Shown in pieces: positions 33,331 through 48,097 of a stretch of DNA of 64,000 bases. Numbering within the stretch: position 1 is the stretch's first letter; each line of letters starts with the position of its first letter. Below the pieces are notes generated by a model. It was given only the letters and a program-made list of their open reading frames with translations, made no database searches and had not been told where the DNA came from. Source of the DNA: the human T2T-CHM13v2.0 reference genome, Homo sapiens; assembly GCF_009914755.1 (NCBI RefSeq), contig NC_060936.1. One strand, given 5' to 3'. Both the position numbers and the translations under genes were made by a program.

Positions 33331-35499
33331 CATTTGTACTTCTGAAAGTAAGCCCAATAACCATGTAGTATTGTTTTTATATATTGCTGTACTTTGTTAA
33401 TGTTCATGAAAATTATTTTTTATTTACTGTTTTCATTTCTACATCTATTTGTCTTTATTATCTGGCAGTTTCTCTGTGATGTGTCTAGGTAAAATATTCT
33501 TCCTTTTTTTCCCTTCCTTTCCTTCTTCTTCCCTGTCTCTTTCTTCCTCTCTTTCTCTCTCTCTTTCCCTCTTTTGTCTCTCTTTTCTCCTGCTTGAGTT
33601 CAATGGAGTTCTTTAGTGTGTCAATTTATGTCATTCATAAATTATGCAAGCCCATTACATGGGTGAGTATGAGTTGACTTCTAATTCATTCTAACATGAG
33701 AGTTCTATCAAGCCTGGAACTTAGGGAGAGTTTCCTGTTACTTTTTCTTAACTTTGCAGCCTTTGTACCCCTGTATGTCATCAAATTTAAGATCTTAGTA
33801 TGCATTGAGAATGCTTACAAGGCAAAGTAGACTTCGGTTTTCTGCTTATCCTTTTACATTTCTTCCTTCAACTAAATGTTGATTTAATAACTCATTATTA
33901 CATAGGCTCTAAAATAATTTTCTAAGTATTTAAAAATGTTTATGCACCATTTTCAGTTATTTGTATAAGGAAAGCTTAATGCTACATATTACCAAAAAGG
34001 GAAGTGACATGCAAGATATTATTCTTAGTTGTGCCACACACGTACATCTATTGTTCACCAAATGTATATTTCTTTATCAATTATTTTAAAACACATATTA
34101 TGTGCAAGGCACTGTTTTGGATATGTGGGTCCCATCAGTGAACAAAAGAAATATTCCTAAGTTCGTAGAGTTTATATTCTACCTTATTTTCTTTTTCTTT
34201 TTAAACTAAACTCTATTAGATAATACATTTAGGTAGATAGACTTGAATCCACAGGCAAACACATTAACTATAGTAAGCATTAATTTATAAATATGAAATA
34301 TGAATTTTGAAAATATGACCTATATGAAAAATGAAAAATAATTTTTCTACCTATTATTGCTTTTTAAGTTTTGTGTAAATATCAGTATACAATCAAATGA
34401 GGATTCCAAGTTTAGCTTAGCCATAGTATAATTAATTGATTAATTTAGCTTGCTGAATATTTTTTATTTTTAGGCCAGAAAAATAATTTGATAAAATAGT
34501 TTAGGTACAATTTCTGTTAAGATCTGATATTTTCCCAAATCCAAGCTCTTCTTAACACATACAGTATCTTATTTTTCTTTCTCTTCCCTGGAGGCCTGCC
34601 AGGATATTTGATATGGAGCTATAATTAAATCTTTTCATTGTTCATGTATTATTCTTTTTTCTATATTTCTGATTTTTAACTGTTCTTTCTCTCCATCTTG
34701 TATTTTTTTTCTTTCCTTGACAACAACATTTTAAATAATTATTGGTTGTGGCTATTTGGCCAGGCTAGCACTTTCTATTTGTTCTTGTATCTTTTTCACT
34801 ACAATTGATTTTTAACTAGTCAAAGATAAACTGTGACTTCCAACTGTTCTGTGGCTCTAGTTGTTGTAATTCCTTTTTTGAAGTGGCTGAGTGAGCAGGA
34901 GATGACTCAAATCATGGGTAGGAAGCAAGTGATTTGTTCCCTCCTGATGCTTTGATTCAGTATTTGGCAAATTCTAGAGATGTTGAGGTATTTCTAGTTG
35001 CCTCATTCTTCTACTTCCTCTAAATTGTTCCAGCACTTATGATCAATCAGAACTTCATAGAAATACTCATCTTTTTTCGCAGCTCATTGATAAGAAGCAA
35101 GTTGAAAAATCTAGCACTATAGTTGAGACACAAAGGTAGAAGACAAATGTTACTCAAGATAATTTTATCTTCTAACTTAAAGATGATCTGAGGACATATC
35201 ATTTACAGCAAGCTTTTAGAAGAATTATTTATTAGATAATTAACCACTGTTTTTCATTATCTAAAGTAATATTGTACAGGGAAAACAATTTGATCCAGTG
35301 TCAGGAAGCCTGAGGCTTGTTCCAGCATTTATGATCAATCAGAACTCTAAAGGGACTCTCAGTCTTACTAATACATGATTGCATAATTTTAGGCAACTGA
35401 TGTATAAAATCTAGGTCTAATTTTGATCATGCATTGAATGAAGGGATCAAACTCAATGCCTTCTACGATCCTTTAGAGTATCCTTTGATTAACTAATAG

Positions 35500-37010
35500 T
35501 AACTAACTTATTTTGACATGCGGTCATATGAACTTTGTTACATGAATAGATTTGTGTACCCATCAACATAATCAGGACACAGAACAATTTTTTCAGCCGA
35601 AGAAAGTCCTCATGCTACTCTTCTATAGGCACACCATCTGCCTAGCCCCAGTCCATGGCAGTAAATGATCTGATCTCCATCTTTATAGTTCAGTCTCTTA
35701 GAAAATGTCACGCATATTGAGTCACATAGCATGGAACCTTTGAAGACTGGTTTTATTCACTTAACTTAATGCACCTGAAATTCATCCAAGTTATTGTGTG
35801 AACCATAAATTCGTTCATTTTCATTCTCTGAGTAGTATCCTATTTCCTAGATGTACCAGAATTTTTTCATTAATTCATTTGCTAAAGGGCATTTTGGTTG
35901 TTTCAGCTTAGGGAAATTATAAATAGAAATTTGATAAACACTCTTGTGCAGGTTTTTATTTAAAATCACTTTTCATTTCTCTAAGATAGAGCCCTAGTAG
36001 TGAGATTGCTGGGTAATATGATATGTGTACATTTAACTTTATAAGAAAATGCCAAATCAATTTCTACAATGGCTGTGTCACTTTTCAGTAACACCAAAAA
36101 CATGCATGATCCAGTGCCTTTTTTTTTTTTTCATCCTCATCAGTTTTTGGTATTGTCAGCATTTCTAAGGCTTCCTGTTGTAATAGTCACATAGTGGTGT
36201 CTCTCATGGGTTCAGTAGAATTTTCTTAATGGTTAATGATGCTGAGTGTCTTCTCATGTGTTTGTCATCTGTATATTCTTTTTAGTGAAATATCTGTCTA
36301 TGGTTTTTGCCAATTTTCTAATTGGGTTTTTTTTCATTACTGCTGATATGTTTTACTATAAAAAACATATTTTATATATTTACATATATAATACATCCAC
36401 TATCAGATATGCAGTTTGAACATATTTTATTCTAGAGTATTTAAAAATTTAAAAACCTTTTCAAAATTTGTTTAACAATATATTTTTTTCGGGGTAATTT
36501 TTTAAGTGTTGGTGACATTTATGTGTAGACTTTCTTTTATGGATGTTTTTGATGTCATGTTTAAGTACTCTTTGTCCTTCCCAAACTCATAAGGATTTTC
36601 TCCTATGTTTTCTTCTAGAAGTTTCACAGTTTCATGAAAATATTTTACATTTAGATCTAGGACATATTTTGAGTTTGTTTTTAATTTGGCTTGTGGTTTA
36701 GGTTGAAGTTCTTTTATATTTTATTTTATTTCCATATATATGTGTAATTGCTTCAAAATAACTTGTTGAAAAGATTTTTTTTCTCCTTTGTTTTTGTATC
36801 TTTGTTAAATATTTATTGACCACTTCGTGTGGATCTATTTCTGGAATCTACATTTTGTTCTGTTAATCTATGTATGTATGCCTTTAGCAATATCACATTG
36901 CCTTCATTCTGATGGTTTTATCATAAGTTTAAAAATTGTTAGCATTATGCTCCAATTTATTTTTGTTTTTTTTACACTGGTATTAGCTATTCTAGTTCCT
37001 GTGCCTGCTT
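35500..37010 (-). mobile_element. L1MC/L1MD-type 3' end
   Basis: Antisense L1 3' motifs (gagattgctgggtaatatg, tcctatgttttcttctagaagttt, ggatctatttctggaatct). Confidence 0.7.
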
Positions 37011-40000
37011 AGGTTATTAATATTGTACAAATTGTAGATTTGTTTTATTTGTTGAATCATGTTTCTACTTTGAGTATTTCTCTATTTTAGCTATATTTAA
37101 ACATGCCATTATCTTCTTGGGTGAATTTTAACGCTAAAAAATATTAGAGTTTCACTACAAAAGAGCACAAAGTAACAAATTATCACTATAGTAGAGGTCA
37201 AAATATGTATCATATACGGTTCTTTAAGTTTGCTCTAAAAGAGAATAATTTTTAGCGAATGCTACTATGTGAGCATTTAACTTTGAGTATTTGTTCAATT
37301 CTCTACCCTGGGGGAAGTATGGATGGATAAGTTTAATTTTTAGATGTAAATAAACATCTTTTTACTTCTTATTCTATTAAACTCTTCTGCAGTATTGACT
37401 GTATTTTATTATTTATTCATTTATTCACATAGATTTTTAGTGTTATGTGCTATTCACTGTGATGAGTAAGAGAGCATCTCTTTTTGAAAATCATTTTATT
37501 CTTTATATTTCTTTCCCAGGTGTCACCTTGAATGAGTCAGCTTATTTTTCTCAATGTGTGCCTGAACATTCTCACCTTACCTCTCTGACCAACTCACATC
37601 TATGAGAATGACTCAAACCCAACTCTGTGATATAATATCGACCTTTCTCCTAAATTCTAGTTTCACATTTCTGACTGTCAAACTGTCATCTGTTTGGATG
37701 TTTCAGGAGCTACTCAATTCAACGTTTCCTATCTTAAAACCTTCTGTTCATTCAAATTAGTATATCACCCATTTTATCTTTTCCATGCTACCAACATTTT
37801 CAAAGTAGCTAAACCTTAGCCAATCTCTACTACACTTTTTTCCTCAGTATATTCCATAAATTGCAAGGTATAGCTGATTCAATGTATGCAATGTCTTTAT
37901 TATCTATCTCCTCCTTTTATTTCTACCACCACTGGCACCCTTTGGGTCAAGAACTGATTAAAAAAAATGACGAAAAAAGGATTTATAATGGGAGTATATT
38001 CTAAAAATATTGAATTTTTTCAGTATTCAGAATAAAAGTCTGTGGATATTTATAGAATATTAATTATACCATAAACTGAAATTCATTTAAGAATATACAG
38101 AAATCCAGTGTCCATGTGAGTAATAGGGTATAGTATAGTTTATCTGAAAGAAATTTCTGGATTATTGATCACTAAAGGCAGTAAAAAAAAATATTTATGA
38201 TATAGGTAAATTTAGTTGGAGTTAAATGCTGAATAAAGAAGGAGTTTATAGGATTCTCAGACCTACTGAGTGCACCTTGGACAACTTAGATAATGAGGAC
38301 ATGAAGTTGTTGGCCGATGTGTTTCTACTAATCCCAATAAGTCTAGCAAAGCTGCATAAAACTTTTCTTTGTAGTCTATTTTACCGGTATCTGAAGTAAA
38401 ATAAATGAGGTAGCTTGATCGTTAACATGTGAGCCAATAAAGTGGATGGGAAACAGATGACTGCCAAGTTAAAGCCAAGTTAGCAATCATGTATAAATTT
38501 ATGTAAGCCTAAAAGATCAGTAGGAAAACCATTTATTCAATTATCTAATGTAATCTGAGTTTTCATACTGATCTTTTAGTGGTGAGATATAAAGCAGACT
38601 TTGAATGTCAGGAATTTAAAATAAATACTGGAGTAAGTCAAATAAGGACATAATTTTGATAGAGCATAGTGCTGTGCTATATGGATTAAATAATAAAAAG
38701 GGGTTTCTAACCCAGAATACTAAAGAAAGGAAAGCCTCTGTAAAAGAAGACCGTGAATCTTGGCTTGGATGAATGAGATAGCAAAGAAAAAAAAATAGAA
38801 AAGGCATCCAAGTTAGCAAAAGATGAATAAAGTTAGAGGGTACTGCATGTTTCGTTTGTAATGTGTACCATTTGAACCCGGAACAGTTATACAGTCTTGT
38901 TTCTTTTTTGCCTCCCTTCCTATCAATCCCTTGGCTAACCCAAGAAATAATCCAGCGTGAGAAATAAACTACCCTTCTCTGATTAACAATTTGTCCTATG
39001 CAGACTAGGAATATGAGCAAGAGCTAATTATTGAATAGGAAGCAGATTTATTTTGGGGAAAACAGAATGGCAATCATAAATACCTGGAAACGGGAAAGAT
39101 AGTATATTGCATCTTTTGTGAATATCAAAGAAACCCTGAAGCATAGAGTCTAAAGAAAAGAAGGAAAGCGGTACAAATGGAATAATAAGTAGTATATTCA
39201 AGTGCCTGGACAGGACACTATAAAGCTTTTGTATTGTCTTGAAGAATATGACTAGAATCATATTTTAGAGGGCAGAAAAAGAACCACATATACAATGCCA
39301 GGAGGTGAGACAGAGCATGGCACTTTCGAAGAACTACAAAAATTTTTATAGCTTGATACCCTGAGTGCCTGAGTGCTGGTAAATGAGGCTGCAGCAGAAA
39401 GTAAAGGCTACCTAAAGCCTCTCTGTATGCTATGCCAATTAATTTGCAACTACTGACAATTTTCAAGCAAAGGAAAGAGGATTCTGAACATTTTGAGCCA
39501 CATTTAGTATTAATTCATACCTACTTCTTTATAAGTAATGAGTTGTTCAATTATAATGGCTGCTAGAATCTGTTAGAATCAATCTGATTATGTCATTATT
39601 TTTATGAATTGTACTTATTGGAGAAATTCCCTATAAATGTATTCACTCTGTTTTCTTTTTACAGTATTATATGAGTCATAACATAGGTTTGAATACAAGT
39701 TTCTTTTATACAGTCTTTACAAAAACATTTAACTTAATATTCACAAGGAAGTTGGTAGGATGGATACTTTAATCCCATTTTACAGGTGTAAAAACTGTGA
39801 CATATTTTAAATACTATGCTTACTATCACAAGGGTAGTCAGTGATACTGCCAAATCCAAATTTTGCCTTGTGGATAGTTTTCATGAGAGCCTACCATGTT
39901 TTAAAGATACTCTGGAATTTCTACTTCAGTGATTTGAAATATTAAATGAAGAATCTGGACTTAATTCTACCAAAACAAAAGATTAACTAATCTAGTGGAA

Positions 40001-40188
40001 TCCTCAAACCTAATTGTTCTGATAATATTTTATGACTCTGAACTTTGCTCCTTGGCTATAGTTCTATTTAAAGAGAAGTAAATAGAACTTTTTACATTAA
40101 CTGCAACATAATTTACTGTAGTGCTCAACAACACTTGCACATGAAATATTTTAATTTTTATTTGTTTGTGTGTATCTACAGCTATCTA

Positions 40189-40232
<44 letters not shown>
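40189..40232 (+). repeat. (TATC)11 tetranucleotide microsatellite
   Basis: 11 uninterrupted TATC units. Confidence 0.97.
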
Positions 40233-40233
<1 letters not shown>

Positions 40234-41967
40234 GGTTGTATGCCCTGAAACTAAAATCTTTTCCTGGATATTAAGAAGTCTTTCGTAGTACTTATACACA
40301 GAAACTGTGAAAGTTGTATGTATACAAATTATGTGTGATTTTCAAATTTTGACCACTGTTGGCTTTCCTATTTAGTTCAATTCCATTACTACTTTTAAAA
40401 ATATTTTAATTTCATCACTTTTCTTGCTTTTTTATTGTCTTTGAGAATGACTTTATTGCTTTTGTTGAGGGATGTTTCTTTTTCTCAGATTGATTTCAAT
40501 AAGCATATTTTAAAGATTAATATGTTTTAATGTTATATATTTTTGCTACTCATTATTGCTATCTTAGGAATTTTATTTGCTGTTCGTTACAGAATCTTAT
40601 TTATCTTTCCTTCCAAAAAATGTACATGACATGGACCTCTTAAGAAGGTATGCTACCCATACAATGTGTTTATAGTGTGTATTCTTTGACTTCCATTAGC
40701 TAAGCCTTTTTGCCAGAATGTAACTGTATTATCCAATTTAAAGAACCACTTCATGCCTGCCATTTCTCCCATTATTTCTGTGTAAGTTGGCGGATGAGAA
40801 TATTTTCTTTGGATATTTTATCCAGCAACTTTGGATGCATGCAGATCTTAAATTATCATCTGTTTTATAAACAATTACCACTGAGAGAATCCAGGCAGCA
40901 GTCATTTGCCCCTGACATATAATGCCATTTGTCTACTGGTTAGATTACACCTCAGTTTGGTCAAGTTTTCAATAATATTAATGTTTTTCTAATTGCTTGT
41001 ATCAGTGACCTCATATGTTCTATTGATTCCAAGAAGTAATAACTTAGAGATAACTCAATGTCTTCAACTATGCAATAAATAATATATGATGTATTGGACA
41101 TATACACTATATTTCAGAGTATAAAATATGCTATCACATTAGTCATATCCTAGGCAAGACTCTAGCCTTGTTAAAAAAAAAACAAATAAATAACATGAAA
41201 TAGTAAGACAGAACATAATAAATAATAGTTTACTGATATAGATTGATGAACTTTAATATTAAATACATTGCAATATTTTACAGTACTAGTACCCAATAGT
41301 TATATTGGTAGATGAGTAGTAGTGAATTGTTTTAAATTAAAGAATCATGAGACAACAGTATATGCAAAGATAGATTGATTAGGGTAGGATTGCTCAGGTT
41401 AACAAAGCAAGGGTCAGGGTAGTGGAAATAAGTACCAGTAATAGATTAAATATTTTAAAAAGAAGAAAATAAATATATATTATCTAAAGTTAATGAGAAA
41501 TGAATTTCAATATAAAAGCTGTAGGTCACTTCAAAGACTATTATATCATATAGTCTCCATTCTAGACTGAAGTTACATAAGAGAATAAATCAAATAGATA
41601 ATGTAATCTGTATAAAAGTTCTTGCTAACACATCTGACTTATACTCCAGAAGCATATGAATTTTCTTTTTATCTCTTACCACCCCAAGCCCACTCTTTTT
41701 ATTACAATTTTGGACATGTTTAAAAAGTCAGTGAGTCGACATGAAGTTAAAATTTCTATATAAATATCTAATGTCACCAAAGGTCTTAAATACTTTAATA
41801 ATCATGTAACTAATATTTTACAATAAACCTATCTGGTCTGAATTATGTATATTAAGCTAAGTATAGAGTTTTAAACAATTTGGTGAATTTTCTGCAATAA
41901 TTTTCATGCATATAATAAAAATAACCAGTAAAATGTATAGAAAATTAAGAAACACATAACATGTGCT

Positions 41968-42381
41968 TGCTATGGTTTAAATAACCCCTTCAGAACTTAC
42001 ATTGAAATTTAATTGTCATTATGATGGTATTTAGAAGTGAAACTTTTAAGACATCATTAAGTCATGAATGCTCTGCCTTCAAAAATGGATTAATGCTGAT
42101 ATTTATGGGAGTGGGTTATTGAGGGAATGGGTTCCTGATAAAAGGAAAAAGGATAAAGTCTGCCCAATTTCCTCTTTCTGTCTCATGCATTCATTTGTCT
42201 TTCTGCTTTTCCTGATGGGATGACACATTAAAAAGGCCCTCATCAGATGACGGAGCAGATGCTGGTGTCATGCCCTTGCATTTCCTAGGCTCCAGAACTG
42301 TTAGCCAAGTAAATATTTTTTTCTTTACAAATTATCTAATCTGTCATATTATGTTAGAGAAGCAGAAAATGGACTAAGACA
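41968..42381 (+). mobile_element. MST (MSTD-like) solo LTR
   Basis: tgctatggttt...gcagaaaatggactaagaca MaLR termini. Confidence 0.8.
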
Positions 42382-42616
42382 ATACTGCCTTACCATCTTT
42401 ACCCCAAATTGAAACATGTTCAAAAGATTGAAATAATGAGATAAAATAGAAAGTCTGAGTTCTAGGGAAATAATATTTGATCTCTGGAAAGATCAATTTT
42501 AAAATTACATTGATATCTTTTATGTGATGTTTAAGTGACAAGTAAATTGAAGCAAAGTGAACTGACTTTTAATTAATGGGGCTTCGATAACTTGCAGGAC
42601 AAGAATATAATCATGT

Positions 42617-42903
42617 GGCTGGGTGCGGTGGCTCACGCCCATAATCCCAGCACTTTGGGAGGCCGAGGCGGGCGGATCATGAGGACAGGAGATCAAGACC
42701 ACGGTGAAACCCCGTCTCTACTAAAAATACAAAAAAAAATTAGCTGGGCGCGGTGGTGGGCACCTATAGTCCTAGCTACTCAGGAGGCTGAGGCAGGAGA
42801 ATGGTGTGAATCCGGGGGCGGAGCTTGCCCTGAGCCGAGATCGCGCCACTGCACTCCAGCCTGGGCGACAGAGCGAGACTCCGTCTCAAAAAAAAAAAAA
42901 AAA
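42617..42903 (+). mobile_element. AluY, Yd-lineage (12-nt left-arm deletion)
   Basis: gagatcaagacc|acggtgaaac lacks atcctggctaac; TSD aatcatgt. Confidence 0.85.
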
Positions 42904-43049
42904 GAATCATGTAATTCAAAATATTTTATCACATAATCAATATTTCTTGTTGATGTTAGTATATCTATTAATGTTCTTAAGCTTGGAATTTGAAAATTTA
43001 CAAATGAGAAATACTAGTAAAAGAGTAAGGATATTGAAAAATTTACACC

Positions 43050-45520
43050 TCAGTAAAACCAGTGAGAACACTTGGTAAACTTCGTCAAAATCAATGTTTT
43101 CAGAACTCTCAAATTAACCAAAGGATTTCCACAATTTGTAGAGTTATTTTACTAAAAACAAAAACAAACAAATAAAAAACCAAAAAACCTGAACCTTGGT
43201 AAAAAACTGAGCTTGGTGGCTTTTTAACTTGCCCCAATCCCATGCCCCTATCCTCAGCTTCAATTGGCATTGAAAAGCAGCAGCCTCATAAACATAGTAG
43301 TTATGAAAACTATTAATAGCAACCTAACAGTTACAGAGGAGGGGAGAAAAGTTTAGAGGTCCCCCAGAGCCCCATACACTGAGGATTGTCACTAATGGAC
43401 CAGTCTCACAGTTCACTGGAAAAGCTACGCTCACAGGACTTGTCTTATTTGACCTGCTACTGAGCTCAATTATTGATAAGTCTTATCATCACCAGGGGTT
43501 TGTTTAAAACAATCAGTGGGGGTAAAGTGTACAGGTTGGGGCAAAGAAAGAGTGGCCAGAAAATTAAGAGAAAAATATGGAGATTGAGATGTCCATAGGG
43601 CGATTTGAAAAGCTCCAAAATATTCCTGAGTATCTAGAAGGCCATGCTAATAGGCAGGGCTGTGAAAGTGTCCTGGAAAGTCTTGAGGAGATCCCAATCT
43701 ATCATTTCTGGTTGACTTTGAGGCGCTGTACAAAAAGTAAATGAAGGCTAAGACAGAGATTTAAACTGCTAGAACATTAAAGGCTTGCCGTACCACACAC
43801 ATACAAAGCCCCATAGTAACAAGTGAAAGATATATTAGTTCAAGATATTTAAGAACACTTTAATATAATCTGTAGCTGACCACTGAGCCAACAGAGAAGA
43901 GACTTCCATGGCTGGACACAACATGTAATACAGACTCTAGAGAATTAATTCTGGAAAGTGACTAATCAAACAAATAGCAACAGTGACAACAGCAGCAAAA
44001 ACTAGCAACACCACCAATCCTGGGTGGAAAGGAATCTCATTTCCATGGTTGTCACCTTATGTTCTTTAAAATGCCCACTTCTTAAAAACAATTATGAGAT
44101 ACACAAAGAAACAGGAAATTATGGCCCCCACTTGAAAAAAAATAATACCTTCCTAGAGAAAACCCAGGTGTTGAACTTGTAATACAGAGGCTTTAAGTCA
44201 GTTCTTATATATATGTTCCAAGAGCTAAATAAACTATTTCCAAAGAACAATTCTGAAGTTAAAAAGTACAATCCACTGTAAAGAAAAAATGACAAGGAAG
44301 CTCAACAGCAGATTTGATCTGTCAGAGAAGGAAGCATTGAACATGAAGGTGAATCAACTGACATTATTCAATGTAACAATAGACAGAAGAAGAAAAATTA
44401 ACAGAACCTCAGACATTTGGAAGACATCATCAACCATATTAACATAAATACAATAATAATCTCTGAATAAAAAGCTAGAGAAAAAAAGGTGGAAAGAAAA
44501 TTTGAAAAAAATACTTCTCAAAGTTGATTTTAAACATTAATGTGTACATCAAAGACCTAGACACATAATAGCCAAATTATTGAAAACCAAAACAAAGAGA
44601 TAATTTTGAAAATAGCAAGAAAAAAATTATTATTTATGAAGGAACTTTAGTAACAATAATAGCTGACTTTTTATTATAAATATGCAGTCCAAAGGCAATG
44701 GGATGGCATATTAAAAGTGCTAATAGAAAAAAGACTGTCAACCAAGAATCATTTTTCTAGCAAAACTATTCTTCAAAAGTTAGGGAGAAATTAATATAGT
44801 CCCAGACACACAAAAACTAAGAGAATTCGTAGCTAGCAGACCTGACCTATAAGGGATGTTGAACAGTCTTTCGACCTGAAATTATGGGCCATAGAGAGTA
44901 ACTTGAATCCACATGAGAGAATAAAGAGTGTTAGTAAAGGTAAATAGATAAGTAAATATAAAAAAATGCAATTAAAAAATCTACTATATATAAAAAGACA
45001 ACTGCATAAAGCAATAATTACAAAGCTGCTTCTGGGATTTACTGTGTAAAAAACAATGTCATTTTAATGACAATATTCACACAAAGGAGATGAGAGAAAA
45101 TGGACTTTTTGTATAATATTGAAACTGAGTTGGTATTAATTTTAACTAGATTGTTTTATATTTAGATGTTATGTGTAGGGCAACAGTAAAAAAAAAATAA
45201 AGAAAATATTAAGAAATAATTTAAAAGGTGGGTAAAGTTAACTAAATAATGTCTATTTAACACCAAAGAAAGTAGTAAGGGGGATTACAGGAACAAAAAC
45301 AATATAACGCACATAAACAAAAATAGTAAAATGGAAGATGTAAATCCTACCTCAGAAATTCAATGTAAATGAGTTAAACATTGTAATTAACAGGAAGAGT
45401 GTAAAATGGGTTAAAAATAAGATTTGACTATATGTTATCTACAAGAGAGTGACTTTAGGTTTAAAGATACATCAGTATTGTAAACATAAAAAAGATGTAT
45501 CATACGAACAATGACCATTA
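43050..45520 (+). mobile_element. Old L1M 5' region, ORF1 and ORF2 start
   Basis: A-rich sense L1 ORF1 motifs (ctcaacagcagatttga, tgtcaaccaagaat, gcagacctgaccta) and endonuclease-start motif aatgtaaatgagttaaac. Confidence 0.65.
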
Positions 45521-45704
45521 AATAAAAAGCCTAAAACCTGGAGAAGCCTTAATTTAGGAAGTGAGCTATAGATATGATAAAGACTGAGTGTTCAAAATGG
45601 ACATTGTTGAGTGGTGGAATTATGGTTGATATTAAGGTATTCCCTCCATAGTAAACATAATTTATAACTTACAGAAAAAATAAGACCTAAGGTCTAACAC
45701 CTTT

Positions 45705-46070
45705 CATGGTTTGAAAGAATGTTTTTGTTTCCCCTCAAATTCTTATGTTGAAATTTGAACTCCCAATGTTATAGTATTAAGAGGAAAAGCCTTCGGTGGG
45801 TGATTAAGTCGTGAAAGTAAAGCCCTCTTAATGAAATTAGTTCCCTTAAAAAAAGAGGCCACAGAGAGACCCTTGCCCTTTATTCCATTTGAAGACACAG
45901 TGGTAAGGCACTGTCTAGGAACTAGAAAGTGACCCTTACCAGACATGAAATTTGCCAGCATATTATCTTGGACTTTTCAGCCTCCAGAACTGGGAGAATT
46001 AAATTTCTGTGGTTTATAAGCTACCCAATGTATGGTATCTTGTTACAGCAACCTGAGTGCTCTAAAATGC
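45705..46070 (+). mobile_element. MLT1A-like LTR
   Basis: ccctcaaattcttatgttgaaat...cttggacttttcagcctccagaactgggagaattaaatttctgtggtttataagctacc. Confidence 0.8.
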
Positions 46071-46734
46071 CATGAAAATAGGTGTTTGAGGTAAAGAGCC
46101 TAACTTATTACTTGAAGCAAGGTCAAGAAAAAAGTCAGGGTGTTAGAAGATCCACTGAGTGGATATAAAAAACATCAATGGTTTTAGCAAGAGAAACTTA
46201 TGAGAGAGTCAATCCATGCCATAATCTTTATTGAATAAATAAGAGTTTTCAAAAAGAATGTAGATTATAACTAAAAAGAAGAAAGGAAGTGGCATACACT
46301 TAGGATATTTATATCAAAAAATTGCTGAGTTTTAGAGACAAGAGATAGTCTGTGGTTTATAAGTGACAAAGAGATACTAAGAAGACACTAACTTTCCCTT
46401 ATGACTGAATAGTACATTTGATGTGGAAAACACAACCCATATTAAAACAGACACACACACACACACACAAAAACTATGGGAGAAGAAATAGATTTTGGAA
46501 ATCTTAGGTTTCAGTTATATCTATAAAATGAAGGAAATATGCCAGTGAACATTTGATATAGAAGAGGATTACCCTGATGATAACTTTTGAGTTCCAAAGC
46601 TCAGAGCAGATTAGGAAGAAATGGAAAGTTCAGTTATATTTGGAGAAGTTCAGAATCATAAGGAATCATACAGGATCCAGGTTTTGAGAGTTAGAATGAG
46701 AGGCTTTGACATCGAGGCTTTGATATCTGAGGGA

Positions 46735-47085
46735 AGTACCATACCTGGGTAGATTAAACAACAAAAAATTATTTTCCCACAGTTCTGGAGACTGGAAATT
46801 CACAATCAAGGTGCCAGCTGCCACAAAATCACTTTTCTGATGATGGCTCTCTCCTTGATTTTCAGATAGCCAATTTCTTGCTATGTGCTTACATGGCTTT
46901 GCTCTGTGAACACCTAGTCATTGTGTCTCTTCTTCCTCAAAGGACACCAATCCTACTGGATTAGAGCTCAATCTTATGACTTCATTTAACTTTAACCACT
47001 TTCTTAAAGGATGTATTTCTAAATAGAATCACACTGGGGGTTAGGTCTTCAACATATGGATTTTGGGGGAACATCATTTAGTGAC
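46735..47085 (-). mobile_element. MLT1A/B-like LTR
   Basis: taaacaacaaaaaattattttcccacagttctggagactgga...cactgggggttaggtcttcaacatatg. Confidence 0.75.
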
Positions 47086-48097
47086 AGGGAGTGTCAGACC
47101 ATAGGAGAGATAATCTGTCTTAAAGTGTTTGGAGCCTTGAAAGATGTAGTTATCTATCTATATATCATCTTTCTATCTATCTACCTGCCTGCCTATCTAT
47201 CATCTATCTCTATTTCTAAATCAAGACATAAATAATAGGTAAAGATGTATTCATATCATTAACACAAAGCTCTATACACATTAAAGCAGAGTCAAAACAC
47301 ACACAGGCGACTGCAAATTTTCTCTTCTCTTCATCTTTCATAAGTTCTCATTATCAGACTTATAATGTATTAAAACACCAGTTTTGAAAATTGCTTTCCC
47401 ACAATTCCAATCCATCAGTCACTCTGGAATTATGTCATGATGGAAACATAATGGTATGCCTTTTTGTTAAGAATATTTCTGTATATACTAGTATTCTTGT
47501 TCTTATATTAAAATTATATAACTGTGTTTCAAAACACTGAGAACTCACAGAATGCCAGGGAATTTATTTGAAAATGTATTTGCAGACCTCTCTGATTAAA
47601 AAACAAGGATTAATAAATTAATAAAATCTAAAGAATATTGTTTATAAAGGCAAATTGTTTATGTAAAATGCAAACATTTACCGCATAATTACAGTACATT
47701 TAAAGAAGGTGAAAATATAAAAAATAATTTTTAATAGTTATGGTAACTACAAGCAAAATCACTAGGTTCCATTTCCAATAAACCACTGGTTTGGACATTT
47801 TTCTTCAGTGTCCGTAATGATGTCATGTCTCTTCTCCCTTCGTCCTACAGAACAACCATCATTTCTCTTTTCCCTGCCTCTGACAGAACAACCTGTATAA
47901 AATCAGTTTACTGTTTGTAACATACATCTTGCACATCAAACAGTATTATAACTTTTTAAAAATTTTAGAATCGACAGATAAAATTGTATTTACTATGTAC
48001 AACATATTTTGAAATATACATACACATTGTGAAATTACTAAATCTAGCTAATATACACATTACCTAAGACAGTTATCATTTTTGTAGTGAGAAACTT

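Noticed and set aside
38080-38500. Possible very old ERVL gag-like remnant
   Set aside because: Resemblance too weak to support without a profile search.
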